A stretch of 63,983 nt of DNA, the filler included, from Parasitella parasitica NRRL 2501 (taxonomy: Eukaryota; Fungi; Mucoromycota), in the NCBI GenBank assembly GCA_025201805.1. It is 11 parts of 11 records of this genome, joined end to end, with 100 filler letters (N's around TTAATTAATTAA, not from the genome) between each part and the next. Parts side by side here need not be neighbours in the genome. Positions count along the whole stretch, not along the records: positions 5,340 to 18,364 come from MU619483.1; positions 18,465 to 19,800 come from MU619646.1; positions 19,901 to 43,610 come from MU619279.1; 8 more parts are not named here. One strand, given 5' to 3'. Below are positions 10,875 to 24,310 of this stretch, one piece after another. The first letter of the stretch is position 1; each line of letters opens with the position of its first letter. The notes beneath the pieces are model-generated. The model did not search any database. It saw only the letters and a list, made by a program, of their open reading frames with translations, and was not told the origin of the DNA. Made by a program: the position numbers and the translations under genes.

Positions 10875-11404
10875 ATGTGGACCATACGTTGGACGACGCA
10901 ACGATCGAGGAATATTGAACGAAAGCCAAATGAGTGAAAGATTATCGGCCCACTTCAACAGCATTTCTCCTAACAAAAAGTATGCTATTTATGGCGATGA
11001 AGGATATACTTACAGGGGGTCGTAACATACAGTTGTTCCGTACAGATTGCCATCTGCTAACGAACTTGGACAAGAAACAAACAATTCTTTATCCAAAGTA
11101 CGTGTGGCAATCGAAATGGAATTTGGCAAAGTATATCAGTATTTCAATGGATGCAAATGAAAGTATGATAATAAACTAAAGCAAACAACACCTGGAAGAA
11201 AATACGTCCTTGCTACGTTTTTCAAAAATATTCTTACTTGCATAAATGGATCGACCGTTTCTGCAATGTTCAAGCTAACACCTCTAACTGTCGAATTATA
11301 TCTTGAACAACTAATGAGACCCAGAAATAACAATGATATTACAGAATAAACGATCCAATTTGAAGAAACAAATGGTGAAATGATGCAGTTCTATTTTCTG
11401 GCTA

Positions 11405-12125
11405 TTACTTTCGAGAGAGAAAATCGGTAAATAGTCGAAACAAGCGTTGATTATCCTGATGCAGTTGTTCATTAGCACGAATCAATTCTTCCATATCACA
11501 ATGAAATTGTTGATTGTCCCGATGTAAGTTAAGAAAAATGTCTACGAGTTCTTCTTGGTTTCTTGTTTGTTGAGCAAATGATTGCTGCAGCAACCCAGCA
11601 AAGTCATCACCGCTTCTTTCAATGACTGGACTAGATGAAGTGAGGACGGGAGCCTCTATTGTCTTGCTACTACCAGTTATGTCATTTCCTTTGCCTTTAT
11701 CCTTTTTCTTCTCGGTGTGTTGAATTTTTCCTTCCAAAGCCATCTTCTGCAACATCTTTGCATCATTCTCTCTAGCTTTCAACTCTAGAGCTTTTTTGCT
11801 TCTGTGCGCGGCAATAGCAGCTTTATCATCGCTTCTCTACATGAAAATGTGAGAATTACTGTATTGTATTAGTTGATAACATCGCATTTACCACTTCCCA
11901 AGCTTTGCGAGCTGCTTCTTCATCTCAGGAGTATAGTAACCACTATCTGGCTTGCCTATTCTGAGCCTTTTCCGTAAACATTGGCTCAAAGGTACTCATA
12001 TCAATTTTTCAAACCTTTCTTGAACAGCTTGTCTCTTTAGACTATTTTGGTCACTACCTATACTGTTCACATCTTCAATGACCTTCTCCCATTGCTGTAT
12101 TTTAGACTTTACCTAAGGTACCGTG
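11405..12125 (-). pseudogene. Harbinger accessory Myb/SANT-like DNA-binding protein, convergent with the transposase
   Basis: KSKIQQWEKVIEDVN...QAVQERFEKL followed by a coiled-coil C terminus. The two-gene arrangement is typical of Harbinger elements. Confidence 0.6.
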
Positions 12126-12404
12126 ATCAATCTTCCATACAAAAAAATTATTAATATGAATCTATAAGCGTATATTATCTCTAGTATAGTCTTATTTAGT
12201 TTGTATTAACTGTACATGTCGGAGCGTATATCACTTGGTATTTTAATTTAGCATATATATCGGTATATGTAGCATGTCTATAGCATGAAATAAGAATATA
12301 ATATATAACATTGCACATATTGTCCAAGCCTGTTGTACAAAACGTATTTGTAACTAAAGACCTTGCTAGGTTATAAATATTTGAAATTTTTACAATATTT
12401 TTAT

Positions 12405-12504
12405 TAAAATAATGCCATTTTTGTAAAATAATGCCATTTTTGTAAAATAATGCCATTTTTGTAAAATAATGCCATTTTTGTAAAATAATGCCATTTTTGT
12501 AAAA
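12405..12504. repeat. Minisatellite TAAAATAATGCCATTTTTG, 19 bp x5
   Basis: Five perfect abutting units with no spacers. Confidence 0.95.
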
Positions 12505-13289
12505 AATGTAACAGTGCTTTTTAAAGAAAAGAGAGCATTACAACAAAATGTTATGAAATGTTGTAATGTATAAAAATTTGGGTTAGGTCAAAATTTGGTA
12601 AAAAAGCGTCATATTTTTCTTTTCTCTACTAAAAGCTCAAATCAATAATATGTGCCCTAAAATGAACAAAACAAAAGCAAGTTTCGTTAAATATGACCCT
12701 CAACATTGAAGTGAACAAGACTAGATTCCCATCATAAAATATTGTCATCTTCCCAACAATAGAAGCTATGACTACAAAGATAAACAAATATAGCAGGGAT
12801 AGAAATTGACATATTATGTCAAAATGGCATGTTGTGCCACAAACTAAGGCCTGAAAAGGAACAATTCATCAAACAATGAAAGCTTCCTAATCGGATGAAT
12901 AAGAATTATGTTTCAAATGCCGTTTTTGATCCATCGTTAGATCAACAACGTTAATAAACAACCCAATAATATTCACACTCACGTAAGATTAGAATAGCTA
13001 CGATAGAATTATCCTATTGACCTGATGAATGACCATCTCTAGTCAACCCAAGTAGTATGATAGTATACTACTAAGCCAGAACGGCTGATTAGAATTGATA
13101 AAACAACATATAAAGAATAATGGAACGGTTAAGAAATAACGAAACAATTGTCTGCTAGTAAGACGACACCCAAATAATATAAATAGAGATGTAAAATAAC
13201 AGCTTATTGCACATTCAATCTACTTTCAAAAATAAAGAAGGATTTTAATCGCATCTTGCTTTTTTTAAACTTTTTCACTGCGTTTCGCT

Positions 13290-13489
13290 GCAAACATAAT
13301 GAAAGTGATGACAGAAGAAAACGTCAAAGATCAGGAACTAGCAGCCATGTGTTGACAGCAACAGAAAAGGCAAATAAAACTCCTCGCCGTATAAATTTAA
13401 AGAGAGGTGTATGGACAAGTTCAAGAACATTAAAGCTTCTTCAGTCCTATGTGACGTTTCGACCACATGGTGTAGCCCACGGTGAACAA
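13290..13489 (+). pseudogene. Fragment of a Myb/SANT-like transposon accessory protein, cut by an LTR insertion
   Basis: VWTSSRTLKLLQSYVTFRPHGVAHG ends at the LTR cluster. Confidence 0.4.
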
Positions 13490-13769
13490 ATATCTCTGCA
13501 CACAACACTTTTGTGTTGTTTTGATAAGTGTATATAAAGTATAAAGTAAGAGATGAAAGATAGATGATATTTACAATAAATAAAAGTGTTACACACAAAG
13601 TCTGTGTGTACCTGACATGTGGCGTGAGCAGAGATGGGATTATTATAAGATATAAGTATAAGATATTTTAAGAGATAAAAAAGTACCGTTGATTCTTTTG
13701 TACTTTTTGATAGATATTTATATTAATTGACTAAAAGGTTACACAAAAGGTAAGTGTGAATCTGACACA
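13490..13769 (-). mobile_element. Two abutting short (~130-150 bp) LTR copies related to 14557-14713
   Basis: Reverse complements of 13618-13769 and 13510-13617 align to TGTCAG...CATCTCTGCACACGACA. Confidence 0.7.
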
Positions 13770-13773
13770 TGTA

Positions 13774-14554
13774 TGTCGTGAAAATTGTAAATTCAATAAG
13801 GCAATTATATGTATCAGTCAAAAGATGAGGTTTATTCAATTTGACGTATGTGCAATAAAATTGGGATCAATTTTATGTGAAAATAAAAAAATAAAAAAAT
13901 AAAGCCAGAGAAATACAATTATAGTCGTTCCACCTTTATTTTCAATTAAAAGAAAACTGAAGAAAAGATACATGCTCTTTAAGAGAGCTTGTATTTATAC
14001 TACTTGTAAAATTGCCTCACTACAGTGAGAATGCTTATTTTACAGCTTATTTGAAGAATGACTTTTGTTGACATTCTCTCACTTGTATTGTAGTTGAGAT
14101 TTCGATATGTTGGTATTGAAATTGATACTATGGTTTTGGGCAGGACTGTAATATTTGAGGATCCTGATTATTTCTAATGCGACTGAGCTTTCCTTATTGT
14201 GTAATAAACAAGCCATTTCTGGCATCTAGAATTATTGCAATTGTTTTAACAATTGCATTGTTTATACATGTTTAGAATTTGTTTATTTGTGATTATGAGT
14301 AGCGTTGTTCAACATTAGCATGTGCCAGGGTTGTAGGAGATTGTACTTTGATCAGGAGGAGTGCAAGCCTCTACCAACACTTGTTAATGTTTACTTGTGC
14401 TTTTCATGTATTTCTTTCTTGGATGGATCAGCCATGATCCATCTGGATTTTATTTTAATGTAATTGTGGTGCCATATAATAGGTGCCATTTCATTACAGT
14501 ATGATCTACTATTTATATTGTTTTGAAGTTGAGTGTCAAAGCAAATGTACGACA
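13774..14554. mobile_element. Probable solo LTR (TGTCGT...ACGACA)
   Basis: 6-bp inverted termini. Flanks TGTA/TGTG give only an imperfect TSD. Confidence 0.5.
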
Positions 14555-14556
14555 TG

Positions 14557-17110
14557 TGTGTCAGGTACACACAGACTTTGTGTTTAACACTTTTAGTTAT
14601 TATAAATATCAATTGAATACAAAAGAATAAAGATCTATCTTTTCATCTCTTACTCATATTTTATATACACTTAAATAAAGCAGCACAAAACTAACACATC
14701 TCTGCACACGACATTTGGTAGCATCTGAACCAATTGATCGTTTTTTATTTTATTCAAGTGATTGGTGAATGTCAAATATAACTGAAGAAGACCTCAAGAA
14801 GTTAAAAAACCAATTTGAAATTGAAGAAAGGGTCATCAAACAACTTAAATATCAAGACGATATAGACTATTATAACAGAAAATTAAGAAGGACAAAAAGT
14901 GGTCAATTTACTAAGGAAGAAAGATTGACATCAACAATAAAAAGAGAAGAACATTGGCACACGTTAGCAAGTGAATTGGCACGTAAATTTTTTGGACCAG
15001 GATCACTCAACAACAACAACAAAATGAACAAAGGTGAATCTTCATCTGCTGGTGAAGCAGGCAACAACAGTGATATCTTAAAAATCGCTGAAATTTTGAA
15101 AGAGGTGATACTTTCGAAGAAACATACAGATGATGCTTTTGATTTCGTTGAAAAACCTCGCAAATATGATGGTTCCAGAGATCCTCACACAATTGAAGCA
15201 TGGAATCTATCCATTGATGATTACTCGGATCTCAAGAGTCTCGATCCCATCAAGTCAGCTAAATTGGGTGTAACATTACTTACGGGTGCCGCAAAAGTAT
15301 GGTATCAAAACCTGCGATTGTTGAATTCTGCTCCAGATAACTGGTTACAACTAAAAACGGAGTTGCGTGCTTATTTTAAGCCTGATAACTCGGTTTCCGT
15401 AGCACGAGACAGGATGCGTAGTTTAAAGCAATTGTCAACTATTACACAATACGTACAAGACTTCATGACCATCAAGTTGAGTATTCCACGCATGACAGAT
15501 GAGGAAGCTGTCGATAAATTTATTGCTGGTTTGAAGGACTCGGCAGCTAGAGTCAGTATCAAGGATCATGTTGACATGGAGAATCCGATCCTGAGCGAGG
15601 TGATTCGGGCTGCGCATAATTATGAAGGCAATCGTTTAGATGGTATATCTTCGGTTCGAAAGGCATTTTCACTTGGAATGGATTACCAAGTGGATGATCC
15701 CATGGATTTGTCAGTCGCGGAGTCCAAGGAGCTGCTCAACTACATGCGCTCTTGGCATTCGTCTGGTCGTGGTGGTTTTCGGGGTCGTGCTCGTGCTCGT
15801 GGCGATACTCATGGTGGTCGGGAGGGCCATCTCCATCGTGGTGCTAGAGGTGGGTTTTCTAGTGGTTCTGGTAATCGTACGGCCATACAATGTTACAACT
15901 GTAAAGGTTTTGGTCACTTTCAAAGGGAATGCCCATCTCCGAAGCGTTCCCATTTGAACAATATTGAGCATAATGAGGGTATGGAGAGCTATCCCGATTT
16001 TGACATTGCTGATAATAAAGTCCTTGATTCTTCTTCCTACTTGTATTGTGTTCTGCCTTCCTCCAAGTCATATGTTGAACCTCTGAGGATTGATTGTAAT
16101 TCAATCCAAAAAGATCTCGATTTTGTATTGCATGCTGGTCAAATCGACACGAAATTGCCACTATATGACGCTTTGGTAAATGGCTCTGCTTGTTCAGTTT
16201 TAATTGATTCGGGTGCGTCGGCTAATTATATTAGTCCCACGTTTCTCTCCAAGGTCTCCAGATTGCGCTCGGTCAAAGGTCAAGCGGTTGAAACTGCTAA
16301 TGGTCAGCAATCTGCTATCTCATCTATTGCTACTTTTACTCTTCAAATGGGTGATTACCAAGAGGAAATGGAAGCTTATGTGTTTGACACCAAGNNNNNN
16401 NNNNNNNNNNNNNNNNNNNNNNNNNNNNNNNNNNNNNNNNNNNNNNNNNNNNNNNNNNNNNNNNNNNNNNNNNNNNNNNNNNNNNNNNNNNNNNNNNNNN
16501 NNNNTTCTCGACTTGCATAATGTAGATCAGATGGACATATTAACTCCTCAAGAAAAAGAAAATGAAGATTGGTGTGAGGAATTTGCGGCTGCTTATCCTG
16601 GAGTTTTTAAAGGCACTCTGGATACATTATTACCTCCTATTCGTAAAACAGATGGTGAGATGATTGAGTTGGAACCTGGATCTAAACCTATTTCTCGTGC
16701 GCCCTACAGAATGTCTCCTCTGAAATTGAAGGAATTGAGGCGACAGTTAGACGAGTTGGTTGCAAAAGATTTTCTGGAGCCATGTGTATCTGAGTGGGGT
16801 AGCCCAGTGTTATTTGTGAAAAAGCCCAATGGATCTCTTCGTATGGTGTGTGATTATAGAGCGCTCAATGCCAAAACCATAGCTCAACGTGTACCACTTC
16901 CGCGCATTAACGAATGTCTAGAACAACTGCATGGTGTTTCGTATATGAGCTCAATCGATCTTACTAATAGTTTTTGGCAGCAAAGGCTAACACCTTCTGA
17001 CTCTCTCAAAAGTGCTATAAACACAAGATATGGACAATTTTCTTGGTCTGTCATGGCAATGGGATTGAAGAACTCGGGAGCAAGATGGATGTATTTAATG
17101 AATCACCACG
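14557..17110 (+). mobile_element. Ty3/gypsy retrotransposon, 3'-truncated (5' LTR 14557-14713, PBS TGGTAGC)
   Basis: LTR ends ...ACA followed by TT and TGGTAGCA, which resembles an initiator-Met PBS. gag-pol follows. Confidence 0.88.
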
Positions 17111-17133
17111 GCGGTAAAAGGTTCAGTCTCTGA
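14769..17133 (+). CDS. gypsy gag-protease-RT, with an assembly gap, truncated before YxDD
   Basis: Capsid-like region, CYNCKGFGHFQREC knuckle, LIDSGAS protease, then PYRMSP and SPVLFVKKPNGSLRMVCDYRALN. N gap at 16395-16504. Confidence 0.88.
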
Positions 17134-18909
17134 AGAGAGCTTCTTATTTTCTGCAGAAAATAGATTCAGACGGTGAAGATATCTTCATTCTTTCTGAAAA
17201 TTCTTAGAAATCGATTTAAAATAATGTTACTGTCATCCTTCCGTGTTCAGAAATTAATATTTTTCTGCATTTTCCTTCACTTTTACTGAAGCTTTTAACA
17301 ATAGGTTTAAGAAATTTGATGTTTCTGTATCAGAAATGCACATTTGCTGTATTTTATGGAAATTAGTCTAATTGTTACGAAAAACTATAAAATTAGTCGA
17401 AAATGCTTCAAAATTGTGGCAGGAGGGCATATGAACTGAGCATTACCTTAGAAATATAAATTGCATTAATTAAAAAAAGTTCTACAAAGTGGAGCGAGTA
17501 TACAGACAATTGGTATCACATATTTATTCGAAGAATCAGACATTGTATTTAGTGTTGCTTGACATTTCATGCCGTAAGCAAGCAGAAACAATCAATTTGT
17601 GGCAGTATAACTCGCATTTATATAGAGAACTAGAAAAACTGCAGGTGTTTGTTGTATGCTAATTCTCATGGGATGTGTTATTTAAGCGTCGGCTATACAC
17701 TAAAAAATATCAAGCTTTTTGTTACATGCATTCTTTATAAAGTGTACTACATGGTGATGCTGCAATATTTGACTATTCAAGAGACATCTATTTATGCAGT
17801 TCATAATTCTTGCCATTTGATTAAATTATATTATTCACCTATAAAAAAATATTAAAAGGACAATGTGTGTTGCCACTCTTTTTTTTAGTCCAGATGGCAA
17901 ACCTACAGCACTTAGTGAATGAATTGACGTATTCGTGTACAATATCCATGAATTTGCTCATAATACAAAATACACGTCGTCTTAACGGAGCTTGTTTACT
18001 TGGGCACGCAGAAAAAGATTAATCATACGTAAAGTAAAACGCAAACACACTTCTGAATTGAGGGTCAATTTAGCAAGAACGTGTATTGCACACTAACAAA
18101 GATAAATATAATTTGTAATATAAAATTGGACTCAATAAATTTGTTTGGGTCAAACACAATTAAAGGTAAGGTAATAATCTGAATCAAATGAATTTTTGCA
18201 CTCTACGTCATATTCGATTTGGATGCGAAAATAAAAAACAGCATAAACAAAGGTGTAGACCAATTAGCAAGAAAAAACATGAGCATATGTGCATATTGTA
18301 TATTGTATCAGATAAATAAGACTTGTGAAACAATGGTTAGAGTTTGCGCTTTTTTCTTTTTTTCNNNNNNNNNNNNNNNNNNNNNNNNNNNNNNNNNNNN
18401 NNNNNNNNTTAATTAATTAANNNNNNNNNNNNNNNNNNNNNNNNNNNNNNNNNNNNNNNNNNNNTTCATGCACATCAATATTCTCATAAGAACATCGGCG
18501 AGGCCATAGTGTGATATGTTTCATTGTTGAGATTGATCCAAGAATATGAGCTGATGTAACATATCAAATAGTTTGTTCGCACCTTGACATTTGAGAGCAA
18601 GTCCGCATATCTTGTTGATGTCATGGCAGCCGAGACATTGCGATATCCAGTGACCGTTGAGATATTATACTGATTCGTATCTGATACAATCATATAATAT
18701 ATTTGCAGTAAATCAGCAAACGTAGTACTTGTAGGAATTGATATAGTGCAGATGTAGCAGTGCGTATACATCAAACGCAATCAACTCGAACTTATACCAA
18801 TATACTTGCTTTTTATTAGTGTATCTTGTGTTATAGTTTCAGCCTTGTCGAACAACTGCTTCATATTTTTTTTAAATTTTAAATTTATAAAAAATATATT
18901 CTACCAACC

Positions 18910-19800
18910 ATGACTGATAATCTACAAATTATGGACATGAATCAACTACATTTGCTACTGCAACAACTTCAACAACAACTTACTTCACTTACTGAACGAG
19001 TTAATCAACATGATGGGATACTGTCGCGTCTGGATATGTTGGAAAAAGAGAATACTGAACTGAAAAAACTTTTACAACAGAAGGATTTCAAGCCTTAGAT
19101 CACGTGACATCAAAGGAGCTCAAAGCGAAGGGGGGGAAGTTGGTTCTTCAAAACGTCTCACCAAAACTGCTGCTGCTAATAATGGTTCTACTTCTGCCAC
19201 TCCTGCTACCTTAAACCAGATTGCCACTGCTGCCGCCAAGCTTCCCGATCCTACTAGACAAGCTAAGAAACGTCTAGCTGCTGGCCGTACGTTCAGAACT
19301 ACTGCTGCAAAGGGCCCTCAAGGTCACGAATACGTCTACATTGGTCGATCCCGCAAAATTCAACGATCTGAAATTCGATCTACGTTTAGAAGTGTTGGTG
19401 TGGATCTTGGTCGCATTCTGGATATCTGTTTCCCTGCCTCTGAGGTCATTGGTGTTCTTATGCATGTGCAATATGTTACTGATTTCAAGGATCTTTTACA
19501 AAAGCAATGTGGTGCACAAATCATCGAAGGTTTTGATCCTCTTGATCCTGGTAATATTGCTGATCCCAAGTATAATGATCTGTCTCTTGCTGAGCGTTCT
19601 GACCTCATCAATGAGTTTACTGCTACCCGGTGTCTCCAAACTCTGACATTTCTGCGTCCCCTGAACGTCAATGGTGTTGGTCAATACTTTGTTGAGCAAG
19701 GCTGGATCTGTGCTGAGGATCTTTCGGAATCTGTTGCTGCTGCTATTTCTCGCTTTGCACAAAAGGAGCCTAAGAAAGCTAACTTCTTGTTTCGTCGTAG
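18910..19800 (+). pseudogene. LINE ORF1 homolog (frameshifted, runs into the contig end)
   Basis: Coiled coil followed by GPQGHEYVYIGRSRK, RILDICFP and FDPLDPGNIADPKY, homologous to 4106-5023. Confidence 0.82.
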
Positions 19801-20863
19801 NNNNNNNNNNNNNNNNNNNNNNNNNNNNNNNNNNNNNNNNNNNNTTAATTAATTAANNNNNNNNNNNNNNNNNNNNNNNNNNNNNNNNNNNNNNNNNNNN
19901 TAAATGGACGGACGCATTATAGGTTTTTTTAGCTTGGACGAAATTAAAATCGGGTCAACCATAGCTGTGAATATTATTTGATTGAACTGTTCGCGAAGAG
20001 AGGCCAAGTTAATTTGGAATTAAGAGGAGTGCGTTTACGTACCATTTACTTCGATTTGGATATTCAGTTACAATTTTAGGTACTAATTATGCGAAATATG
20101 TACTTTTGGTCATGATTTACTCAAAATGTTTGGGTAAAAGTCTATTTTCAAGCTATGTTATCATATGCGCATTTGAATAACATACAAATTAGCTTGGGGT
20201 CATAATGAAGGTTAATTTAACATTGTAGAGACATCAATATAAATAAAAACCCAACTCCTGCATCCGTTATTCAAATCTAGTAATCTTAGGTATCTATCAG
20301 GTTTTAGGTGATAGCGACATATAGTATGTTTATAAAGAGTGTATTATTACAATAGAATTTTCGATTAGGAAAAGGTAATTTCCAATTGACATGCTAACAC
20401 ATGTATCAGAGTTTATTAACCACCTTTATCCGCTGAAGTTAGTTGAATATGACTGTATAATAACCATAATATTAACTAATAGTTTGCAATGAATCGTCTT
20501 TCAATGGTATTTATACACTCGGTCCGTTGCTGTTTTTTTCTCTTAACCATCCACATGTATTAATCACCTTAAAAAAAACAAAGCATATCACTTCAGACAC
20601 TATTCAATATTTACGTGTCCGGGGGTTTTATGAAAGAACGATAAAACTTGTAAATGGTATTCACCTCTCTTTTCCTCTTAAATCTTTATATGACTACGAG
20701 CTGGTCACCCCGCCCACTCTGGTGATTTTTGCACCTTCGCTACGCTACGGTAAAAATCGACCTTCGTTTACGCAGGGTCCATCTCGTATATTACTATTCA
20801 ACATGATTTGCCCTCCTTTTTTTTCTTAACCCTAACGCAAGAACTCTTAAGTTCCAAAGTCTC

Positions 20864-23107
20864 TTGGCTGGCGTAGATCTTCTGATCCCCCAGTATTTAC
20901 ACGACAAAGACAACTTTTCGCTGAATGAAACAAGGAGATATATAGCTAGGCATCATTGCCAGGAAATGAACTCTCAATTTATTGAGACGTTCTCTCCTCC
21001 AAAGAAAACTCAATATAATTCTTGGACTGTATTCCTTAAGCAAGAGTACAAGAAGTATGCCGATGAAAAAAGGTCAAACAATGAAAAAGTTGACAACATT
21101 GGGAAGATGCAAAAACTCTTCAAACTGCTATACAAGGATATGAAGGCAGAAAAATCTCCTGAATATCAGCAGTTGGAACAGGAAGCCAATGATCTAAATA
21201 AGAATATGCCTGGGGATTTGTCTGTCCGTAAAACGTTTTACGACAGAGACATGAAGAAACTGAAAAAAAGCCTGTCATACATGCACAACAACTATCAAAC
21301 ACATTTCATTTTAGCTTATGTCAATAATACGACAAGGGACTTGATGTTCCCAAGTGCTGTCATACACAGTGGAGGTATGATGATAATTAATGAAATCTAC
21401 ATCTTTAAACAAATGGCTGGTTTTAATCTCTTCGATAGGTGCTGCTACGATAGCCAAAGATGAAATTGACGCGCATGAGATGTCGATGCTAGGTTGTCTT
21501 ACGAGAAATGTTTTCTCGTATATCGCAGGACAAGGTATGTTATATGTTGACTATATGATGCATAATTAATAACAACTTTATTCAGAATAGCATATCCAAG
21601 AGTTTTGGATCCTGTTTTTGTCCAGGGTGATGAAAATGACGATGCTGAAGATGTTGATGATGGTAATGTGAATAACCCGCATATCCAAACATCTGCCAGT
21701 CATTCTCAATGGTACAAATTTATCTCCAATTTTCTTTGGCAAAAATGTAAACCAGTGTAGGACAGATTAGGCCGACGTACCTTTAACACCTGAAGCGAGA
21801 ATTCCTTCAGGATAGTTATGCCATTCTCTGCAATGGTCCGAATAGCCAAATGATTTCCACTTGCCGTCCAACTTTGGTGGTTGATCCTATTCTATGGCTA
21901 CCAATGACACGTATGGAGCGTAGTCAGGTACTTCGATGGCGTCTTGGTTGGCTTCCAGGTGGCAAACCACGTCCTTGCCCTTTCCACCCGACAACTAATC
22001 TCACTCGTGCTCACGTTACTGACTGTCTGCAGATACATCGCCGACTTCAGTTGCCTGAATCTATCAAAGACCCTCTTTCTTTCCTGCTTGACTTATTGCC
22101 ACTGAAACAGCCCACAAATGCTCAATACAGCGCTTCCTGGGCAGTCCGTTGACCTGCAATCTGCTTGATCCTATTCGAATTAGATCCTCCTCATATCGGT
22201 ACTAGTTTGGTAGAATGGTTGTATAGGTAAAGGCTGCTAGTGTTTCTGGATTTTTTCCTTTTATTTCTCCTCTTTTATACTCTTTCATTTCAACTTATAT
22301 TTGTTTCATTTATAATTTTTTACCTCTTCCATACTTTTTTCGTTTTCCCTCTTGATTCTTCAGAGGGTTTTTTCTTTCGTTCCACTTGGCGAACTGGTCC
22401 GGGCAATGCAGTTATCCCAACTATTGTGCTCATTATGACCATTTTTATTTTCCTTTTTATTTAATAAAATTTCTCATTTAACCGTAATGTGAATAACGAA
22501 GCTATTGTTAATGTCAATAATGACGGTAAAAGAGACGGCAATATGGCTAGTGATGCTGACGGAGATACGAAGACGAGATGATCTCGAACCACTTGAACAA
22601 GCGGATCCAAGTCAGGAGGGTGACAACTTATCCCTCCTCGCTTTTTAAGAGGAATAACTGCTATTAGTAGCAATGATATGTCCTCTCCTGGTGGTGATAT
22701 TGAGGGAACAAGGCCTTTTGACGTTCCTCCCATCAACATTAACACGCAAGGAATTCAATTGACTAAGAAGGTGAATAAAAAGTCTGGAAAAATTCAAATT
22801 CGGGATCAACTTCGATAGAGCCTCTTGAAGACTTACAGTAAGTATATGTGGTAAGCGAACTTCTCGACTTATTTCTAATCAATTCATAGGCAAATGTTTC
22901 CACGTTTCTTACAAAAATTTTCCTTGGAAAAACTTTGCAGGAACAGATTCAATTGATGTTGTAAAAAATTGGCCATGGAAGGAATTTCCCAGCTCCATTG
23001 CTAGTTTTAAAGAAAGCCGCATTCCGAAAGCCATCAAGATGTTGGAAGCTAAAGAACTAAATTTTCAAAGACAAATAACAGCACAAACTCAGAAAAAGGA
23101 GAAATAA
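20864..23107 (+). pseudogene. Multi-exon gene of unknown function (possible HMG-box-like helices), disrupted by a LINE insertion
   Basis: ORF 20864-21463, GT..AG introns, and an acidic segment that continues across the LINE TSD. Boundaries are approximate. Confidence 0.45.
21677..22483 (+). mobile_element. 5'-truncated LINE (ORF2 C terminus + 3' UTR) with 14-bp TSD GTAATGTGAATAAC
   Basis: TSD at 21663-21676 and 22484-22497. CRPTLVVDPILWLPM...RWRLGWLPGGKPRPC is homologous to the ORF2 C terminus at 297-700. Confidence 0.92.
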
Positions 23108-24310
23108 AACTTCCATTGACATATTAAATGACTCAATGCATTTCCATACTGTCACATATGTATATGTTATGTGCATACATCATGTGTATACCTTTCATCA
23201 TCATGTTTTTTTTGTTAATATTTTAACTATGTCTTCAGTATAACTGAATCCTTAAGCCTACTAGCCTACTGATACTGCATTCGAAGAGACATATCTGAGA
23301 GAGACTTTGCATCTCATAGCCATTTTTAATATTAAATTTATTCCAAAAACCTATTTTTTGTGAAAAACTTATCTAGACCTGGTTAATTATCATACTTTTG
23401 AGCAACCATGTATTAACTTCACAACTATTATAGACAAAACAAATCTTTAAAACAGGCTTCAAACACTTTTTTGATAGTAAAATGTACCATCCAAGACAGA
23501 TTTTTGGTGCGTCGAAAATCATCCACTCGTTTACGCAGCAGTAATAGATTCCGTCACATCTGTTTGGCTCGTATCCACGAACAAATAAATGGTGTATTCT
23601 TGTGTTGGGCTCGTATCAAGTGCATACGATACGAAATTAGCATGTTAACCTCTAAAACATGCTTTTGCCTGAACTATGATCAATCTTATAGATAGGTTAA
23701 ACCACAATGTGAGGAAAATACAGGCACTAATACACCAAATGCCATCTTCATCTACATGGGGCAGCAGAGTTATTCCAATTCTGTCGCCATTGGATTTTGG
23801 CGAGGTGAAAACAGACGATATCAACGACTACCACCTTGCCTGATCTGCAAAGACCTTTACAATTTGGCATCATTAATGTACTTCAAGTCATTGCTGGGGG
23901 AAAAAAAAGACTTATGGTTTATGCACAATCAGCAGTAGTAGGTAAGCTGTCTGAATGCTTTAAAAAGTCATCATGGCGAATTCGTATTATAACATGTGAA
24001 ATAATTTAATAAGCCATAGAGTTGTACGCTTTTTATTATGTGGTAAGAGCAGCAAATGGATTAACGCTGATGATAGTAATGGATTTCGCAAGATTGACAA
24101 TGACTTTGCCAATATTGTCAATCCCATAAGAACAGAGGAGGCAGAACGCCTTCTTGGCTATGAATAATTTAATGATGCTATGTATGTTGAACGTGAAATC
24201 TAAAAATGAGAAATAATAACATGGGGGTGTGATAAAAACATTTCCGTCTATGAAAAATAGATATGAAATACAAAGTTTTATCAACAAAACAACAACGATC
24301 ATTAATTTTC

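Larger units (their letters stand above)
9366..11349 (+). pseudogene. PIF/Harbinger-ISL2EU-type (DDE_Tnp_4) transposase disrupted by two solo LTRs and frameshifts
   Basis: Removing the LTRs rejoins ...MFLYTL/AFPRRL... and ...PDGITTSLC/GPYVGRRND. Motifs GFIDVT, YNGWKH, IYGDEGY, RVAIEMEFG. Confidence 0.85.

Noticed and set aside
1-18364. Centromere or pericentromere assignment based on LINE and LTR density
   Set aside because: Plausible by analogy with Mucor pericentric LINEs, but the contigs are unlinked and no centromere motif could be verified.
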